From: Patescibacteria group bacterium
GTDB taxonomy: Bacteria; Patescibacteriota; Gracilibacteria; BD1-5; UBA2023
Direction of reading: 5' to 3'
Assembly: GCA_049301335.1 (NCBI GenBank)
Contig: JBAQKV010000036.1
Span: 1 to 20,030 of the forward strand
Length of the DNA stretch: 20,030 nt
Shown here one piece after another: positions 16,501 to 20,030 of the stretch. Position numbers and translations under genes: made by a program. Position 1 is the first letter of the stretch; every line of letters begins with the position of its first letter. The notes below the pieces were generated by a model. It ran no database searches and had not been told where the DNA came from. It was given only the letters and a program-made list of their open reading frames with translations.

Positions 16501-19500
16501 AAATCCGGGGAAAGATCGTCCAACTCGAAACCTACGACATGGACGGCGACGGTAAGACCGACCTCGTCGTTTCCGACGAATCGGGCGAACTGAACGTCCT
16601 CTACGGCAAAGTCCTGAACGGCGAAACCGTCTTCACGAAGAATATCCTCGATTCCGATCTCGCCCTCCGCCTCAGTTCCGCGGAACGTAGCGACGGCGGC
16701 GCGGTCTATTTCGACGGCATCCCGCAGTTGAAAAACCCCACCGTTCCCGACCAGGCGCGCTATCTCGCCGAATCGAAGAGCCTCGCGGCCGCCGGCGAAG
16801 GCGAAACCATCCCGCCGGAAGTCATGAGGGCTTCGGTCGACGCCAAGCTCTACTACGTCCATGCCTACCAGGTAGCGGTCGAATACACCGGCGGAACCTT
16901 GAATTCGCAGCTCGAAGGCCGCCTGTCCGGCGCCATCGGCAACGATCCGGAAAACCCGAGCTCGCCCAACACCGCGCTCCAGAAGCAGGTCATGGACGCC
17001 ATGAGCGGTGCCCAGGCGGCATCCGCGAGCGGTTCGTTCAAGACCTCCGGAACGTACAACGAAACCCGTTACAAGACCTTCCTCAAGTCCGAATTCGCCG
17101 AAGACCGCGACCTGCGCGTCGTAAAGACGATGAAGGACGTGAACTCCGATCCGCTCAAGAGCGAGGATCCGGTGGAAATCACCGTCACTCTCGGAAACTC
17201 GGGTTCGACCACGATGAAGAACGTGGCGTACCTCGATTCTTTCGACAAGTCGATCTTCTCCGAAACCGACACCCCGTTCTATACGGTGAACGCTCCGTCG
17301 TATTCGCACACGGGCACCCTCGACATGCTTCCCGATTCGAGCTACGACTACCTCTTCGACGGGTTCGACCTCCGTCCGGGGGAAACCGCGACTATCAAGT
17401 ATTCGCTCAAGACCAATACCGTCCAGTTCGGCAAGTTCGTCGTAGGGCAGCTCGAAACCGACGATACCTACGGCGACGTCGCGATGCGCGCCAACAATAT
17501 CTGCTGAGAAGCGATGACGCTCTGGAAGAGCACCACTCCGCATCCGCGAAGCTTTTTGAAGACCACGCGCACTTTCGCGAAGAACGAAGGCGACGCGGGA
17601 GGACTCGCCGGCAAGTTCATCGACATGAACGCCAATGGCCAACCCGACTACATCGACGTGCTTTCGGCGAACGTTCCGCAATCGGACCTCGCCGACATGC
17701 GGAAGTACTTTTACGACTTGAACGGCGGCGGAACTTCGTACGACGCTTCGAAATTCGGCATCCTCCTTTTCCGCGAAGTCGTCGACCAAGTCAACGGCAC
17801 CGTCAATTCCGGCAACGTAGAAATCGCCCGTCTCGTCGCGAACGCCCAGAACGACAACCTCATGCGTTCGGCGGAACCGGGAACCGGCGACGTCACCGTT
17901 CCGGTGGCAGCTTCGGCCGTGAATTCGACCTACTCCGATTCTTCCAAAACCCTTACGGCCGGCGCTCAGGCGAGCACCGCTTCGGCTTCCCTTCCGGAAT
18001 GCGGAACCGTAGGATACAAGACCGTGACCGCGCCGGAAGCCATCGGTTGGAAACAAACCGCCGACGCTCCGAACGGACAGCTCGAAATCTTCTTCTCCGC
18101 GGGTACCCATTCCAAGGACGGGGGAAAGACCGCCGAACCGTGCCGCATGGCGTTCTCGTCTTCGTCGAACCCGAAATGGGGATCGAGCAAGGTCATCGGC
18201 GAAGGATGGAAAATCCTCACCAAATACACCTACAACTCCTACGTCCTCGCCGCGAAGACCGCCGACTACAAGAATTCGTCGAGCAACGTTCCGGACGACT
18301 ACGACAAGAAGGGCAGCGACCTTTACTCCTACGACCAGACCGCGGGCGGAGCCGTCTCCATCGACGGGCTCACGAGCGGCAACGTCGAAGCCATCGAAGC
18401 GGGCATCGACGAAATCGTCCAAGGCCTCGGCTGCGGATTCGGCGGCGGCGCGTGCATCTCGATGCCGTTCAACTGGGCGCCCCTCGCTCCGGGTTCGGCG
18501 CCGTCCATCATGGGCTTTCCCGCCGGTTCGCTCGCTCCGAGCACCGGTTTCCCGATTTTCTCGGCGCTCACGGGCATGTGGTACGGACCGTACTGCTGAC
18601 CTTCCGTTTGGCCGGCATCGCCGCTCGACCTCTGAAAGACGTGCGGCGACATCGGCGCCGGCGGTTACCTCGGCGACAAGGGCGCGGCGAACTTCTTCCG
18701 CTTCTACATCACCCCCACGCTCACCGGCGCGGTAGGTATCGCGGCGTGTTTCGGCGTGGTTCCTGCCGTCATGGGCAAGGTTCCGCCGCAGGGCGTTTCC
18801 CCGGTCGTTCCGGGCGGAAACTGCATCGTCGCGGCGAAGCCGCTCCTCGGATGCAAGGACGACGGTTCCGACGGCGACGTCTCGAGCCAGGGAATGTCCA
18901 ATTCCGACGGGTTCTTCAACGCGAATTCGTGTACTCCGAAAACGGAAAAACGTCCGCTCACTACTTCCGAGCGCTCGTACGTACGTTCGTACGTACGCGG
19001 AAACACCAACGACAAGTCGATCATGAGCGGTCTCACCGCCGCCCTCCCGTTCATCAGCGCGGGACCGAGCGGACGCGGAAGCTCTCCGGTAGTCGGCATC
19101 GGCATGGCATCGGGGCAGGATCCGAATTTCGAAGTCGGCATCAACCCCACCGCCCTCAAGAACTTCGACGTGGGCAACATCCTCAAGATCAAGCTCGACC
19201 GAGTCAGCGCATTCCCGGAATTCATCATGGACTGGGTCAACCGCCAGACCGAAGAAGTCGTCAACAAGCTTACGAGCCTCCCCACCCTCTACATCATCCT
19301 CCCGGACTTCTCGAAGATCTTCGAATCCGGCTGGAGCGGTTTCGCGGGCAAGCTCAAAGCGAAGTTCGACAAGGGTTCCTCGGGATACGATACCAACAAG
19401 GATTATTCGGTAGGCAGCTCGAAATACGCCAAGGGAGCTTCGGACAAGGCCAATTCGCTCCTCGCCGACAATAAGGACAACATCAACACCGTCGGAAAGA

Positions 19501-20030
19501 ACATCTCCGGCATGCGCTCGGCCTACGAATTCCTTTCGAGCCTCCCGATCATCGTCTTCGAAACCGAGGTCGTACAAGTCGACATCCCGATGATTTCGGA
19601 CGAAGACGTCGACAAGGCCATCCTCGATTTCAACAAGACGAAACAGCAGTGGACCAAGGAGATCTCCGATAAGAAACAGTCGTGGTCGAAGGTCGCTTCG
19701 AAGGACGGCGTAAACGAGAAGGTCTTCGTGGAAGCCGACGCTACCGTCGCTTCCATCGACGCATGGGCGCGCTTCCTCGAAGACGCCAAGCGTTTCCCTG
19801 ACAAACTCTACCGCTACCTCACTTGGAAGCAGCGCTACGCCGAACAGATCCTCTGTAACGTCGAATCCATCGAACAGATGACCGGCGGCTACATCGCCGA
19901 AAACGGAAAACGCTTCCGCGCGTGGGTCGAGCTCTACGTGATGCTCAAGGCCATACTCAAATCCTGGCAGCTCATGGTGGACCTCTTCTACCAGCACACC
20001 AGCGACTGCGGAGTCTGCCGCAACGAGCGC
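10527..20030 (+). CDS. Giant secreted/cell-surface multidomain protein, at least 3168 codons, 3'-partial, with four in-frame UGAs
   Basis: Track ORFs 10527..13172, 13203..17507 and 17514..18599 are all in frame 0 and are separated only by single TGAs (13170, 17505, 18597). Frame 0 then stays open through TGA 18633-18635 to the window edge (translated by hand). N-terminus MNTSKRLFSERFKRYVSSLLIFAILFGQTV...AAEA is a signal sequence or anchor. Gingipain/C25-like segment: LVAVLVNEG...LVGTVLVGDLPMPV...IWHGIV. Ca-binding-like DKNGNGIPDYQEDSNGNGIIDG. Big-like repeats: ATKLELAPSS..ETVTVLAKVVDQYGN and ETETVTAKLFDRYGN. FG-GAP/VCBS repeats: FDFNGDSYEDLVVF, GDFAGDGYSDIAAV, YDMDGDGKTDLVVSDESG. CARDB/DUF11-like: PVEITVTLGNSGSTTMKNV...GETATIKYSL. 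The C-terminal region is Cys-rich and hydrophobic. Confidence 0.75.
18975..18998 (+). repeat. 12-bp tandem duplication inside the giant ORF
   Basis: tcgtacgtacgt / tcgtacgtacgc encodes SYVR-SYVR. Each unit contains the palindrome GTACGTAC. Confidence 0.8.

Noticed and set aside
13203-17516. ATGs at 13203 and 17514 as starts of independent genes, as the standard-code track implies
   Set aside because: All segments share one frame and are separated by single TGAs only. The 10-codon and 2-codon linkers are open. There is no SD or promoter-like sequence before either ATG. Segment 17514 lacks a signal peptide although it looks extracellular. UGA is demonstrably sense in five other genes. I retain the possibility of nested products as a separate low-prior finding.
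4040-18635. Selenocysteine as the explanation for the in-frame UGAs
   Set aside because: There are too many (14) in unrelated, non-redox proteins, including several per membrane protein. I saw no shared SECIS-like hairpin immediately downstream. One UGA occupies an Ala/Gly-type structural position rather than a Cys position. The three UGC-UGA cases are noted separately.
17999-19474. 491-aa + ORF in frame 2
   Set aside because: It is an off-frame R-rich shadow inside the giant gene. Frame 0 carries the protein-like sequence.
11826-19997. 2723-aa ORF on the minus strand, the longest ORF in the supplied track
   Set aside because: It is an antisense shadow of the + strand giant gene. Its translation is monotonous R/G/E/D/V/F-rich sequence with no recognisable domains or hydrophobic cores. 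The + frame shows a signal peptide, Big-like, FG-GAP and CARDB-like motifs and consistent codon usage. Strong GAA/GAC/TTC/CTC/GTC codon bias on the sense strand removes stops from the complementary frame.

Overview
High-GC bacterial chromosomal window: hand-counted 60-nt lines give about 55-65% GC, with an AT-rich islet of about 30-45% at ~8690-10220. The main result is that the genes only make sense if UGA is read as a sense codon. I found 14 in-frame TGAs in 6 otherwise intact genes, never TAA, TAG or a frameshift, and 10 of 12 complete genes end in TAA or TAG. This fits translation table 25 (UGA=Gly, known from Gracilibacteria/Absconditabacteria-type CPR bacteria) better than table 4. The supplied standard-code ORF track therefore splits real genes and hides others. 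Gene order: 1..2108(-) secreted RlpA-like/CAP-domain protein (partial); cyclophilin PPIase; a 59-codon small ORF plus terminator; FabI-like enoyl-ACP reductase; CDP-alcohol phosphatidyltransferase (2 UGA); divergent MarR plus small GNAT; DUF1761 membrane protein (1 UGA); YcaQ/AlkZ-like winged-helix protein (1 UGA); BI-1/YccA membrane protein (3 UGA); wHTH regulator; a frameshifted SRPBCC-like remnant. The AT-rich islet follows, with a hidden 143-codon membrane ORF (3 UGA) and an orphan ORF bracketed by ~92-nt direct repeats. Then come tRNA-Lys(UUU) and one giant surface-protein ORF, 10527..>20030 (at least 3168 codons, 4 UGA, still open at the window edge). The 2723-aa minus-strand ORF in the track is an antisense shadow of this giant gene. 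Two ORFs (GNAT and the islet orphan) appear to end at TGA directly followed by intrinsic terminators. That conflicts with a clean reassignment and deserves follow-up. All calls come from manual translation and motif recognition; no searches were run.
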